Source of the DNA: a virus | Lineage: Duplodnaviria; Heunggongvirae; Uroviricota; Caudoviricetes | IMG/VR virus record: IMGVR_UViG_2841729706_000003 | Coordinates: 1 to 41,667 of that record | Direction: 5' to 3' (one strand) | Length of the DNA stretch: 41,667 nt | Shown: in pieces, positions 41,428 through 41,667 of the stretch | How positions within the stretch are numbered: the first letter of the stretch is position 1 | Layout of the letters: every line of letters starts with the position of its first letter | Position numbers and translations under genes: made by a program | Notes under the pieces: generated by a model | The model's input: the letters and a program-made list of their open reading frames with translations, nothing else | Databases searched by the model: none | Told to the model about the DNA's origin: nothing

Positions 41428-41667
41428 CAGAACCAGCCCCGGCTCTTGGCATGATCGCGGATCGCCACTTCATGGGCATCGAGGAAGTCGGCGCGCTGCC
41501 TGCCGGACAGGCGGGACCAGTTGCCGACCGTGGAGGCGAAGAGCTTTTCTGCTGGCGACAGGAGCCGCCGGCCTTCGATCAGTGTGAGCGCGTCGGCAAC
41601 GCTTCCGGCCGCCGGCGGGCTGGCAAACAGCATGTCGCAAATACGGGCCTGGACATCATGAGGCTGT
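41427..41667 (-). CDS. C-terminal part of an early gene running off the window (ParB-like by position)
   Basis: The frame is open from the window edge (QPHDVQARICDMLFASPPAAGSVADAL...). The family guess is positional only. Confidence 0.5.
   Translation of the reverse strand, partial: QPHDVQARICDMLFASPPAAGSVADALTLIEGRRLLSPAEKLFASTVGNWSRLSGRQRADFLDAHEVAIRDHAKSRGWF

Larger units (their letters stand above)
1925..41667 (-). mobile_element. Mu-like transposable prophage (siphovirus-type tail); left end beyond the window, right end not resolved (at or left of ~1925)
   Basis: Co-oriented minus-strand array in Mu order: MuA, MuB, Gam, GemA, Mor/C, lysis, gp25-27-like, TerL, portal, gpF, protease I, gpT, gp36, gpG, gp37, tail, Com. 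Most junctions are ATGA/TGATG overlaps. Confidence 0.97.

Noticed and set aside
1-41667. CRISPR arrays, tRNA, rRNA, IS elements
   Set aside because: No repeat-spacer array, cloverleaf, rRNA-like stretch or second transposase was seen by eye.

Overview
Nearly the whole window (about 1.9 kb to beyond 41,667) is one Mu-like transposable prophage on the minus strand. High GC and gene content suggest an alphaproteobacterial, probably Hyphomicrobiales-like, host. Reading from the right edge: early/transposition genes (CII-like regulator, MuA DDE transposase, MuB AAA+ ATPase, Gam, GemA, an MT-A70 methyltransferase, a Mor/C-type late activator); a lysis cassette (muramidase endolysin with a C-terminal TM helix, overlapped spanins, a 30-aa membrane peptide below the ORF-track cutoff); Mu-type packaging and head genes (gp25/26/27-like, TerL, portal, gpF, protease I with nested scaffold, decoration protein, gpT, gp35/36/G/37-like); and a non-contractile, RcGTA-like tail (tube, frameshifted chaperones, tape measure, DUF2460, DUF2163, NlpC/P60, large tail-tip protein, fibres). 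At the mom position, a Com zinc finger precedes a C5 cytosine methyltransferase. The phage left end is outside the window and the right end cannot be fixed. The most notable items are: (i) a lower-GC plus-strand cassette between gpF and the protease (DUF2806-like, HEPN RNase, KAP NTPase, then a small membrane protein and a DUF1254/1214 protein), a candidate unnamed anti-phage locus; (ii) a C5-MTase apparently split over two fully overlapping reading frames, the second coupled to the com stop codon; (iii) two plus-strand morons inside the early operon, each spanned end to end by a stop-free antisense ORF that re-couples to the next phage gene; (iv) a 22-bp dyad motif shared by the lysis and head promoters. 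All family assignments come from motif recognition, not from database searches.
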